Shown piece by piece: positions 21,567 through 30,829 of a stretch of DNA of 64,000 nt (positions are counted from its first letter, which is position 1; each line of letters starts with the position of its first letter). Position numbers and translations under genes: made by a program. A model generated the notes under the pieces. The model was not told the DNA's origin, made no database searches, and saw nothing but the letters and a program-made list of their open reading frames with translations. Origin of the DNA: Bacillota bacterium (GTDB lineage: Bacteria > Bacillota > DTU025); the NCBI GenBank assembly GCA_050951805.1, contig JBMNJT010000002.1:1472001-1536000 (forward strand). The letters run 5' to 3'.

Positions 21567-22334
21567 TTAGCCCCAAAAACTATCAGTGTCAACGTTTGCC
21601 GTATCCACATCTACGTTCAAGTCAACGGCCTCAAGCCTTCGCTCCCGGGACAGCCTGCTCATTTCGACCGCAAAAGCTGCGTAATTCAGGGACCAATGCG
21701 CTATCCACGGGTATGCCAAGCCGCCACTTTCCACCGTGATCCACCCTAAGGCAAGGCCCACAGTGATGGGCATGAGGAGTGCGTACGAGGTAATGCTGTT
21801 AGGAGCTTCCACTAAAGCCATTGGAATCCCATGAACCAGTCCGAACAAAACCGCCTGCACAACTAGGCCATTTGAAAGGCTGCTCCGTTTCGATATGGTG
21901 CGGAGCAGAAAGCCCCTGAACACGATCTCTTCAAGAAGAGCGCCCGAGGCTATAAAGGGAACCGCAAGAACGAGAGCAGTCCATTTTGGCATGCCGGAGA
22001 GAGCAAGGTACGCCCCTCCCGGGTTGATGCCAGCACCCTTCATCCATTCGCCGTGCGATTGCCGGAGCCTAGCATGTGCCCACAGATTTGCCAAGCCTGC
22101 CACCACAACAATCAGCCCGGTGTAAACCGCCATTTCCCAACTTGCCATGCCCTCCACTATTCGTAAAGAGTTGGCCGGATCCTCTCTTCGCACGATCCAG
22201 ACCCCTGCGAAGATAGTCAGAAGCAGGATGTCTCCCAGATCGACTCCTGGTTGTCCACGTTCATGAAGTTTTTGCGCATATGCCCTTACAGCTACCGAGA
22301 TGCCTACGATGATGTAACAAATGACTGAGCTCAT
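21567..22334 (-). CDS. CPBP (Abi/CAAX type II) intramembrane metalloprotease
   Basis: EEIVFRG, FGLVH and HWSLN motifs; multiple TM segments; ATGA overlap with the radical SAM gene. Confidence 0.88.
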   Translation of the reverse strand: MSSVICYIIVGISVAVRAYAQKLHERGQPGVDLGDILLLTIFAGVWIVRREDPANSLRIVEGMASWEMAVYTGLIVVVAGLANLWAHARLRQSHGEWMKGAGINPGGAYLALSGMPKWTALVLAVPFIASGALLEEIVFRGFLLRTISKRSSLSNGLVVQAVLFGLVHGIPMALVEAPNSITSYALLMPITVGLALGWITVESGGLAYPWIAHWSLNYAAFAVEMSRLSRERRLEAVDLNVDVDTANVDTDSFWG

Positions 22335-23794
22335 AGCATGGCAACCTCTGACAGAGCTCGCAGCAGATTAGACGACGTCGTACGGGAATCATCCCACGTC
22401 CATAGAATGCTGGATATAAAGATTCTATATGCTTCACACATCGGATCACGCCCGTACAGACTTCCGCTCGCTGCATACGCGGCAGCCCTGCAGCCCCCTC
22501 CGCACAAGTAGCGAACATCGCATTCGACGCAACCTTCTATTCGATCAACCCCAGGAACGTCCCAGAAAAGCTCCTTCAGATCCCCACGGCCGCAAGCGTG
22601 AGCCTCCTCAACTCTTTTCAGTGTAGGCCGCCGAGGCGGCTCAGAAATGTCGTAAAGAGTAGCCGCAAACTCTGGAATCATCAGAAGATGGCATGGGTAT
22701 GCATTGCCTGCCCCCGAGAGTGCAAAAACCTTCGACCCCGCCCCACACCCTTCTCTCGGGACTAGCCCCACTACATCTTCGAACGACGAATCCTCCGGCA
22801 AAGCATTCCTGTGGCACGCCCTCAGAAGATAGCGCAACATCGCCTCCGCAAGATCCTTCGGACACTTCCTGCGTCCTTTTAGCCGTGAACATGCTCCTCG
22901 ACCAACCTCCTGAAAAAGGCTGGCATGGAATGTCGCTCCATGCTTCGATGCAAGCTCAATCATGTCGTCTGGATTGAATGTCGCTGGGTCAACAATGGTT
23001 GACACAAGCTCAACGTGCTCTGTACCGGCACGCACGAGCCTCTCGATGCCCCTAATCGCCGCCTTGAAGCTTCCTTCGCCCCTGATCATATCGTGTGCAG
23101 CCTCATCCCCTGAATCTATGCTCACCTGGACACAGACCCCCAGAGAGGCTATTGCTTCAGCCATTTCCTGCGTTATCAGTGTAGCATTGGTAGCTAAAAT
23201 CACCTTGGGAGCATTGAATGTTGCCTCCTCGAGCAATACAGGAAGATCTGCCCTGAGAGTAGGTTCACCCCCAGTGATCATCAGCTCCGCCGGACGAAAC
23301 ATCCCTGCCTCTCGTATTGTCCAAAGCACTGACTCAGTTGGGGCGTCGTTTTCGAAAGCATGTCTGTAGCATGTCTCACAGTATAGATTGCACCTGTCCG
23401 TAACGGAAACATATATCCTAGCAGGCGCGGCACAAACCTGAGCGGCCCTTTTTTCTGCCGCCGCTACGTCCGATTTTCCGCCTCCATTCCAGGGCCCGTA
23501 GACGAGCAATCCTCGGGCTTCCAAGTCGCGCATCAACCCCAATAAGCCATCTAGCGTCTCCTTTCCGTAAGCCGGCCCTACAGAATCAGTTATTCCTTGA
23601 ATATCGACTCCGAGGAACCTCTCGCACATCACGCCTGCATAACGGCTGACCTTCACCCAAGTTCCGAGCGTCGGATTGAGAATGAGACAAGCTTCATCTG
23701 CATGAATCATCCGTGCATCCGGCGCTAGAGAGTATCCCAACAATTCGGAGTTCATCAGCGAAAAGGCGGTTGCGCCCCGCCAACATCGGGCCAC
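22331..23794 (-). CDS. Radical SAM/SPASM peptide maturase with N-terminal RRE (PqqD-like) domain
   Basis: CNLYCETC, TGGEP; SPASM cysteines CGAG...YPCH...CVECDVRYLCGGGC...C; ~100-aa RRE-like N-terminus; start uncertain. Confidence 0.88.
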   Translation of the reverse strand: MARCWRGATAFSLMNSELLGYSLAPDARMIHADEACLILNPTLGTWVKVSRYAGVMCERFLGVDIQGITDSVGPAYGKETLDGLLGLMRDLEARGLLVYGPWNGGGKSDVAAAEKRAAQVCAAPARIYVSVTDRCNLYCETCYRHAFENDAPTESVLWTIREAGMFRPAELMITGGEPTLRADLPVLLEEATFNAPKVILATNATLITQEMAEAIASLGVCVQVSIDSGDEAAHDMIRGEGSFKAAIRGIERLVRAGTEHVELVSTIVDPATFNPDDMIELASKHGATFHASLFQEVGRGACSRLKGRRKCPKDLAEAMLRYLLRACHRNALPEDSSFEDVVGLVPREGCGAGSKVFALSGAGNAYPCHLLMIPEFAATLYDISEPPRRPTLKRVEEAHACGRGDLKELFWDVPGVDRIEGCVECDVRYLCGGGCRAAAYAASGSLYGRDPMCEAYRIFISSILWTWDDSRTTSSNLLRALSEVAML

Positions 23795-23937
23795 ATCGCC
23801 GCCCTACTCCTCCCTTCAAAGCCACAGCGCGCGCACATAGGCGCGGGAACCAATCTCTTGTGATTGGCCCCCGCTGGCACAGTTGGAGCTACGCCCGCTA
23901 ATGGATGATGGTGACTAGTAGTCTGGGGAAACGAAGA

Positions 23938-24039
23938 TCATCCAATGGTGAGCATCACGCCCCAAAGCGGAAACGAAAAGCAGAAGCTGTTGACAGAGAC
24001 ATTCAACCTATGCTTACGACCTGCCTGAATGCGAAACAT
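23938..24039 (-). CDS. Putative RiPP precursor peptide, 33 aa: MFRIQAGRKHRLNVSVNSFCFSFPLWGVMLTIG
   Basis: Strong RBS GGAGGTG, own promoter, immediately upstream of the rSAM/SPASM gene. Confidence 0.72.
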   Translation of the reverse strand: MFRIQAGRKHRLNVSVNSFCFSFPLWGVMLTIG

Positions 24040-24107
24040 CCATTTCACCTCCCTCGATGCTACAATCGGGTAGATGGCGACCACGCCACGGCGCCGCTTG
24101 CACCCAC

Positions 24108-24152
24108 ATAGTACCATCGCAGGGAGCTTAAGGGTATTGCCCGAAAGGATGA
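24108..24152 (-). promoter_or_regulatory. Activator-dependent promoter of the peptide gene with a putative LuxR/NarL-family box
   Basis: Extended -10 TGGTACTAT, no -35; imperfect palindrome TCATCC-TTTC-GGGCAA (24137-24152) centred near -43. Confidence 0.45.
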
Positions 24153-24154
24153 TT

Positions 24155-24673
24155 TTACGGGCTAGGAGGAGGTGACCAGCTGTCCAACAATCCGGCAGCA
24201 ACCGCCAGCCTGACTGCCGACCCCCGGGTGTGCACTCCCAGTTTTTGATATATCGAACGAATGTGAGTTTTGACGGTATTTATCGAGATGAACATCTCCT
24301 CAGCTATTGCCCTATTGGTCTTGCCCTGAGCAAGAAGGTTCATCACTTCAGTTTCGGTAGGGGTTAACCTCGGAAATTCTCGCTCCTCAATGGACGAAAG
24401 CTCGACATCATACTCTGCTAAAGCAATATCAATTCCTTCGTCGGATGGCTCAGCCCCAAATTCCTCCCCCCTCGCTAGAGGATATACGCACAGCAGGAAC
24501 ATCCCTGCCGCATCTGCAAACGCAGGAAGCCTGCCCCGCATCAATACTGGGCTGCGCAAGGCGGCGGCATGAGTCTCTCTGCAGTGCAATCCCGAATTCT
24601 CAAATGGTCCAGACGGTTCAAACTCCAAAGGCCCAACTTCACCACGAACCGAACGTCCCCCTGAGCTCGACAT
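24155..24673 (-). CDS. LuxR-family HTH transcriptional regulator (no receiver domain)
   Basis: LTPTETEVMNLLAQGKTNRAIAEEMFISINTVKTHIRSIYQKLGV. Confidence 0.88.
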   Translation of the reverse strand: MSSSGGRSVRGEVGPLEFEPSGPFENSGLHCRETHAAALRSPVLMRGRLPAFADAAGMFLLCVYPLARGEEFGAEPSDEGIDIALAEYDVELSSIEEREFPRLTPTETEVMNLLAQGKTNRAIAEEMFISINTVKTHIRSIYQKLGVHTRGSAVRLAVAAGLLDSWSPPPSP

Positions 24674-25390
24674 GGAAAATCCCCCCTCCTTATGAATTTC
24701 CGTCGCCTAGAAAGCAATCCAAGAAGAATCGTGCCCCTTATGACAACAATCACCATAAAGAGTATAGCATCCCATGCGTTACCAGTCAAACATTCCCTAA
24801 TCTAGGCTCTGTTACCTGCTTTCGATGGACTTCGATGTATTCCTCAGTCGAACGTATTATCTTGTGGAAAGCCTCATACTGATTAGGATAGACGTCCAGT
24901 CCAACGATTTCGAGGCCTCCGCTACTCGTCCCCGTCCATTGGCGTGCAGAAGCTCCGCCTTGTAGCTCCGGCTACATCGCCCCGGCGGGTGGACCACCTG
25001 ATTAAGTGCCGACAGGAATAACATGCCGTAGCGCCTGGCCAAGAGATCATAACCGACCTCTGAGCCAGGCACAAGGGAATGCGTAGTAAGTGATCATGTC
25101 TTTTACACGGTTCTCGGCATCTGGTTTCGGCACATGAACCCCAGCGGGTTTCGAAGACCAGACATGTATCGCGCGAAAGTCAACAGAAGTCCATCCGGCC
25201 CCTCAGATGAGTTTCGCCTAAAAGCCGCCATATCCATATCTCCCCCACAGCGTCACAAACCTGCTACTTACACAGGTTACGTGGAAACCCCGCTACTGCG
25301 TAGGGTCGGGGAGCACCCTATAAACAGGCTAGCTTGAAGCCGTCCTCGTCCTTCCTACGTGGAATTACTTCTCATTGGCAGGCCAAAACT

Positions 25391-25720
25391 TCAAAAACCT
25401 GTCAGCGAATACTGTGGCTGCAGAAGATAGAGGTCGCATTCATCCTGGAAGAGCACGTGATTTCCAGCCGCTGGTGAACTCAGGGCCTCCGTGATTGCGT
25501 CCATTTTGGCCATCGCCTGCAGATCATATACTCGTTTTGACGCATGCGGTGGGCGACTATGCCGATATCCAAGAGATTTCAGTAGGTTATACATCATGGC
25601 TAAACTGATTTCGACGCCATGTTTTCATAGACACTGAACATCCGCGCTATCTTGGTAATGCACCAGCCCAGGCTCGAAATCAAAACCATCTGGGCACTCA
25701 GTGATACTTCTTCTGCGCAT
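25391..25720 (-). pseudogene. IS630-family transposase remnant
   Basis: GVEISLAMMYNLLKSLGYRHSRP (winged HTH) ...AKMDAITEAL...VLFQDE (first Asp of DDE); in-frame stop; truncated. Confidence 0.65.
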
Positions 25721-26223
25721 GGCCCAAAACATTGAAACCTCGCACTTGCCAAATTCTCTTGCAAATCGCATTTACACTGTGCTTCCTGTCACCATATAGG
25801 CGCTTTCAGGCATTACAGAGCACAGTCAAAAACCACGCAGGACAGGCGGTGATAGATGTCGGCATACAACGGGTGCTAAAGGCCTTTCAGACTATCCGAT
25901 GAAGTAGCTTGGCCGAGCATCTCTGGTTCTTGTAGCAACACCCTTAACATTGATTAAAAAAGACAGGGAAACATCCCCTGCCTACTCGTATTCCGGCAAG
26001 GACAGTTGGATGGGAAACCCTTGCAAAGTCAGTTCCCATCAACCCCCTGCTTTTCTTCATATCCCTTCGTCTTCCCACAGCATCCTAGACTGACGCGCAC
26101 CACGGCCTGAGATACCCACCCGAGGCAAACCCTTCATGCCTAGTCTAGGCGCGAAGGCCTCACCGGGGTGTAGCTTCGTTCTATCGACACAGACCGCGTT
26201 CTGGCATGATCGTTCAAAGGAGC

Positions 26224-27561
26224 TCAGACCTTCTTCCAAAGCTCCCTCGCAAGCTTCCTCGACTTTGCAGCAATCTCCCTCTCATCAATGGCAACAAGTT
26301 CACGGTGGCGCATCAAGAACCTGCCGTTAACCATTGTACTGTCAACCATACCTCCTGTAACTCCCATTGTTACATGGCTCCGCCAATTGTTATCGTCAAT
26401 AGGCGTAGGTGCCCAGTAGTCCACGATTATCAAATCGGCGTAGGCGCCAGGCTTCAGCGTGCCAAGTGGAACATCCCATTGCTTCGCCAGTATTGCCGAA
26501 TTGTTACGAAAGGCCATGAGTGGCGCCTCGATCCAGCCTACCTGGGGATCGGCTTCCTTGTGCTTTAGCAGAAGATCGGCCGCTTTGAGGCTTTCGAACA
26601 TACCGCAAGAACAACCGTCTGTCCCCAATCCCACTCTGACTCCGCGTGAAATCATCTCCAGAATAGGAGCATCTCCCACAGCATTACCCATATTGGACTC
26701 AGGGCAGTGAACGACGCTCACATCTCGTTCCCTTAGTATTTCGATCTCCTCGGAATTGATATGGACACAATGGACCGCCAATGAGCGGTCATTCCATACG
26801 CCAAGGTCATCCAAGCGCTTCACAACAGGTTTGCCATATCTCCTTATGCTTCGTATCAGGTCTTCAATACCCTCCGCAGTATGTATATGAAAGCCTGCCT
26901 CAACTGCTCCTGGCGCCTCCACACACTTTCTGATGGTCTCATTGGAAAGTGTGAGTGAACCTTGAAACCCAAAATTAGCCCGAATAAGCGGAGATTTCAT
27001 CCTCTTGCACCGCTCTATGAACCTGACATTCTCCCTTATGCCCTCATCCGCCGCATCCGGGCCATCAAAGTCGGATACTTCATACGAAAGCGATGCCCTA
27101 ATTCCGACCCGGGCTACAGCATCAGCTATTGCGTCGAGGGAACCAAAAGCCGCGTTGGGGCTATGGTGGTGATCGAAGACGGTAGTAATTCCATTGCGCA
27201 CACACCAGATAAGAGACATCATTGCGCTTGTCCATATATCCTCTTCCGTCAGCTTTCTATCAAGTCGCCACCAAGACCCCTCCAAAACCTTAGAAAGAAC
27301 CTTTGCAGGGGGCCCATCAGGCTGCATTCCCCGAGCAAACACTCTGCATAGATGCGTGTGCGCACACATCATCCCAGGCATTATCAACCTGCCTCCCACA
27401 TCCTCAAAACCAGCCTCCGGATACTTCCGGCGCAACTCTTCCGTTCGTCCTACATCCGCTATGATCTCGCCGGATATCGCAACACCCCCGCCCTCTATCA
27501 CCCGTGCAGGGTATCCGCAGTCCACCACAACTCCATTTCCTAAGATCAAGTCCGCCCCCAT
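26224..27561 (-). CDS. SsnA-like amidohydrolase
   Basis: CAHTHL, WWRLDR, GITTVFDHH, HIHTAEG, HCPESNMGNAVG and LGTDG motifs. Confidence 0.8.
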   Translation of the reverse strand: MGADLILGNGVVVDCGYPARVIEGGGVAISGEIIADVGRTEELRRKYPEAGFEDVGGRLIMPGMMCAHTHLCRVFARGMQPDGPPAKVLSKVLEGSWWRLDRKLTEEDIWTSAMMSLIWCVRNGITTVFDHHHSPNAAFGSLDAIADAVARVGIRASLSYEVSDFDGPDAADEGIRENVRFIERCKRMKSPLIRANFGFQGSLTLSNETIRKCVEAPGAVEAGFHIHTAEGIEDLIRSIRRYGKPVVKRLDDLGVWNDRSLAVHCVHINSEEIEILRERDVSVVHCPESNMGNAVGDAPILEMISRGVRVGLGTDGCSCGMFESLKAADLLLKHKEADPQVGWIEAPLMAFRNNSAILAKQWDVPLGTLKPGAYADLIIVDYWAPTPIDDNNWRSHVTMGVTGGMVDSTMVNGRFLMRHRELVAIDEREIAAKSRKLARELWKKV

Positions 27562-28423
27562 CGTCCTGACCTCCTACTGCCACTGGTTCTATGGCCTCTA
27601 TTGTCTGTCCACGCCCCATACACCTGCATAGGCCCATGCAATTTCTTGACTTCTTTCGTCCTTTGTGGGATGGGAGTTCCATTCCGACCAGTCCTACATT
27701 GATATTGGCATTACCAGAATGCAAGGCGCATACAGCAACCAAACCGTTTTTTGCCGATATTGCTAAAGTGGGCTAGGAGCGTTGTGGATTGCGCTAGATG
27801 TCCCCTTCTTCGCTGCAACTTCTGTGCCGGCGTCATCCCTCCCAAGGCAAAGCTTGTTAGACGTACAGAAGCCCCTGCAGCACTGTGGATTTCTGGGAAA
27901 CCGTACAAAAACGAAGTTTTCTTCTCCAAGTAACTTCTGATCAATCTCTGAACTGCCCTGCATTCCTGTCCATGCTTGCTATCACTCATTTAGCCTATCA
28001 TTCCAGCGTTGTGCCGATTTTCTGGCCGACCCTTGTCGAAAAACTCGCCATGTCCTCAAAAAGCATGTCCAAAAGCAGCCATGATAGGAACCGCCTCGCT
28101 CATCGACAGACCATGGGCACATGCTTGCATTCACAGGCGAAAGCTGCCGTCTACAGCATGCCCTCTTCCAATTGCAGGCCCCGAATTTCGGTCCTAAGCG
28201 TGGTGGTCAACATATGAACTTTTAGATTGCCAAACAGAAGACTTGTCTGGAAAGCACTCACATACTTCTTCTAAGATACTCAGACCCAAAAACACTGAGA
28301 GCGATGCTACCGCATCGCTTCCCGTTCGCATTTGCATTCCGAAGTCACATATTCGAACATCGGCTCGTCGTTCTTTGATCTCCTCCGTCCCGACCACAAC
28401 AAACGCGAACCCTTAGCAATCCC

Positions 28424-30829
28424 TCATATCGTCAAAACTTCACATGATTTTGGTATCTGCTCTGCGAACTCCAATCCGTCCAATACTAATATTACCTGCC
28501 TTGTTCGTCCAAGTTTCTCCAGAGCGGGCCAAACAAGGGTTAACCCTTGGTATGCCGACTTGTGCCCTACCCGTCCGCCTTTACCCTTAGAAGAATAGTC
28601 AATTATCAAAGGGAGAGCGCCTCTTCCGTATAGAACCTCGCTGGCGCCAAGCCGAACAGCGAGAACAGCCACAGGAATCAACGACTCCGAGTCAGCTGCC
28701 CTCGGGAAAGAGCATCTGACGCAGTCTTCCTCAACCGCACAAGAGATTTCTGCCGTAGGCTCGCCCGTAAAAAATGCCATGATATCCGAGGCAACCTCCG
28801 CTAATCTTGCCCCAGCTTGCGCCCGTTTTTCTTCGATCATCTCCTCAATGGCTGCCTGTGCTAAGCTAGCCGCGAGCCCCTCACGCCTAGCACGTTCCAA
28901 TTCCGAGGCGGCTCGCGCTGCCTCACTCGATACCTCCCAAATGTCTACACCTGCCAACGCATGTTCTGTATCTGCAAGTTCCAAAGACTTTTGCTCCAGT
29001 TCGAGAGCCAACCGCTCCCGCTCGTCTGCCTTTATCGCGTATTCCTCGCTCAGCTCCCAGATCTTTTCCTCGATCCTGCGATCGGCAATGGCTGCGCGCT
29101 GAGCCTCTGCAGAAGCAATCTCTTCAAGCACGATCTCGATGTCACGCTCTATACTTTCCCGAGAGCGCCCGCCCAGTGCAGCCTCTAGCCTGTCGGCAGC
29201 CTCTCTGTAGGATGCTTCAACCCTTCGATAGTCCTCGTATGCCTCAAGATACATCGAAGGAGAAGAAAAACCAGACACCTTCATCAACTCGCCCATGCGC
29301 TCCTTAGCCCGCCATGTCCTGACCCGATTCAAGTCCGCCTCGTTCCTCAATCGAGCAAGTTCACCTGACAGAGTTTTGATCTCCTCCAGCAGACACTCTT
29401 TTTTCTCCTTAAGCCACTCCATCTTCTCCACGGCCAGCGCATAGTCGTTTATGGACATGTCGTGCAGCAACGAATCGAGTCTCCTTCTGTGCCATGCCAC
29501 CTGGCTCGAAAGATTGGCCCGATCGTGCTCCAGTCTCACCTTTGCACCATGTTTGGCATCCAGCTCTATCCCCGTCGAAACCCCATAGACCGTGCACATC
29601 AAGCCAGTGGAAAGCAGCAAAATCAGGACTCCCATCAGCGGCTCAGACAAGCTCATCCACGGAAAGATATTCTCTGGAAGGAGAAGCCCAGTGAGAGACG
29701 TGACGGTCAAGAGTGCCCCTCCCACAGAAAGGCCATCGGCGAGTCTCTTGCGCCCAAGGACCTTGTCAACCTCTGCAATTCGTTGCGACAGACTTGCAAG
29801 ACGAGTCTCCCTGTCTTCGATCTCTTTCAAGGAAGATTGCGCATGCTCCAGCGTCCTGCGGGACAATCCTCTTTGTTCCAGCTCCTCGAGGTCTTTGCTC
29901 GCCAGGGCAAGCTCCATTCTGAGCCCATTTATTGCAGACGTAATACCCGACTGTTCTGATTCGTACGATATCGCTGTCTTCTCCAGCTCAGACATTTCAG
30001 ACATCAGATTCCTTATCTCGCCCGCAACCTCAGGGTCAAAAGCCCCTTCCATACCAGAATACTTGAGCAACCTGTTTCTGGCCTTTTCCGCAGCTTTCTC
30101 CGTCACCAACACGTCGGCGAGATTGATCCGCCATGATTCGAACTCCTGTTTCAAGAACCCCACATACTCCTCGATTTCATCGCATTCCACCTTGGTCCGT
30201 AGAGCCGCATCTATGGAGGATATCCTCGAATCAAGAAAGGATAACCTCTCAACAAGCCAAGCGATTCTGGCTCTCAGTTCCGCCCTTTTTATGCGCAGGT
30301 CCACAACGCGCTCCACCTCGCGCCTGAGTTCAAAATAGGCATTTTCCGCTCCTGAATCGCTGCTTATTCCATCCAGAAGGGAAATAGCCCTCTCGTATCG
30401 CCTGCCATTATCGCCCATGAGCAATCTGACAGGCACCGTCCACGCCCCACACTCAGCCGTCCCATCATCGCTGCAAGCCAGATCGGTTTCGGAAAGGCCC
30501 ATGGCTTCGGCAATGGGGACAGCAATCTCTGTGCCCATGCCTGTATCGAAATCCACAACCCTCACTGACGGTTGCGATAAAGAATCGCGCACAAGCATGA
30601 CACGCCTGTGATTGTCATCGATGACTGTCACAGATATTCTGCCGCCCTTCTCGACACGCTTGGTCCGCGCCTCAATACCAACAACGCCCATAGATTCCAG
30701 AGCACCGAGGAAGATCAGACGAATCTGAGGAGTACTGGCCAAAACTACTGAAAAGCCCTTAGCAAATTCCGCTTCAATCGTCGGGCCGCCTTTTCTCGCC
30801 GCAACCAACAGCTTCTCGATCATCACCAC
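28424..30829 (-). CDS. YhaN/SbcC(Rad50)-like long coiled-coil protein with central TM hairpin and degenerate ABC-ATPase motifs
   Basis: Extensive coiled coil, two central hydrophobic helices, C-terminal LAVRLG...LPLIID...QVIL; overlaps the Mre11-like gene. Confidence 0.7.
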   Translation of the reverse strand: MVMIEKLLVAARKGGPTIEAEFAKGFSVVLASTPQIRLIFLGALESMGVVGIEARTKRVEKGGRISVTVIDDNHRRVMLVRDSLSQPSVRVVDFDTGMGTEIAVPIAEAMGLSETDLACSDDGTAECGAWTVPVRLLMGDNGRRYERAISLLDGISSDSGAENAYFELRREVERVVDLRIKRAELRARIAWLVERLSFLDSRISSIDAALRTKVECDEIEEYVGFLKQEFESWRINLADVLVTEKAAEKARNRLLKYSGMEGAFDPEVAGEIRNLMSEMSELEKTAISYESEQSGITSAINGLRMELALASKDLEELEQRGLSRRTLEHAQSSLKEIEDRETRLASLSQRIAEVDKVLGRKRLADGLSVGGALLTVTSLTGLLLPENIFPWMSLSEPLMGVLILLLSTGLMCTVYGVSTGIELDAKHGAKVRLEHDRANLSSQVAWHRRRLDSLLHDMSINDYALAVEKMEWLKEKKECLLEEIKTLSGELARLRNEADLNRVRTWRAKERMGELMKVSGFSSPSMYLEAYEDYRRVEASYREAADRLEAALGGRSRESIERDIEIVLEEIASAEAQRAAIADRRIEEKIWELSEEYAIKADERERLALELEQKSLELADTEHALAGVDIWEVSSEAARAASELERARREGLAASLAQAAIEEMIEEKRAQAGARLAEVASDIMAFFTGEPTAEISCAVEEDCVRCSFPRAADSESLIPVAVLAVRLGASEVLYGRGALPLIIDYSSKGKGGRVGHKSAYQGLTLVWPALEKLGRTRQVILVLDGLEFAEQIPKSCEVLTI

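Noticed and set aside
21398-21610. 70-aa Cys-containing ORF after the CPBP gene as an alternative RiPP precursor
   Set aside because: Overlaps the CPBP 3' end and has no clear RBS; the 33-aa upstream ORF has much better signals
27561-28000. Purine riboswitch upstream of the ssnA-like gene
   Set aside because: The conserved core (TATAAT...ATGG...GTTTCTACC...CCGTAAA...GACTA) was not found
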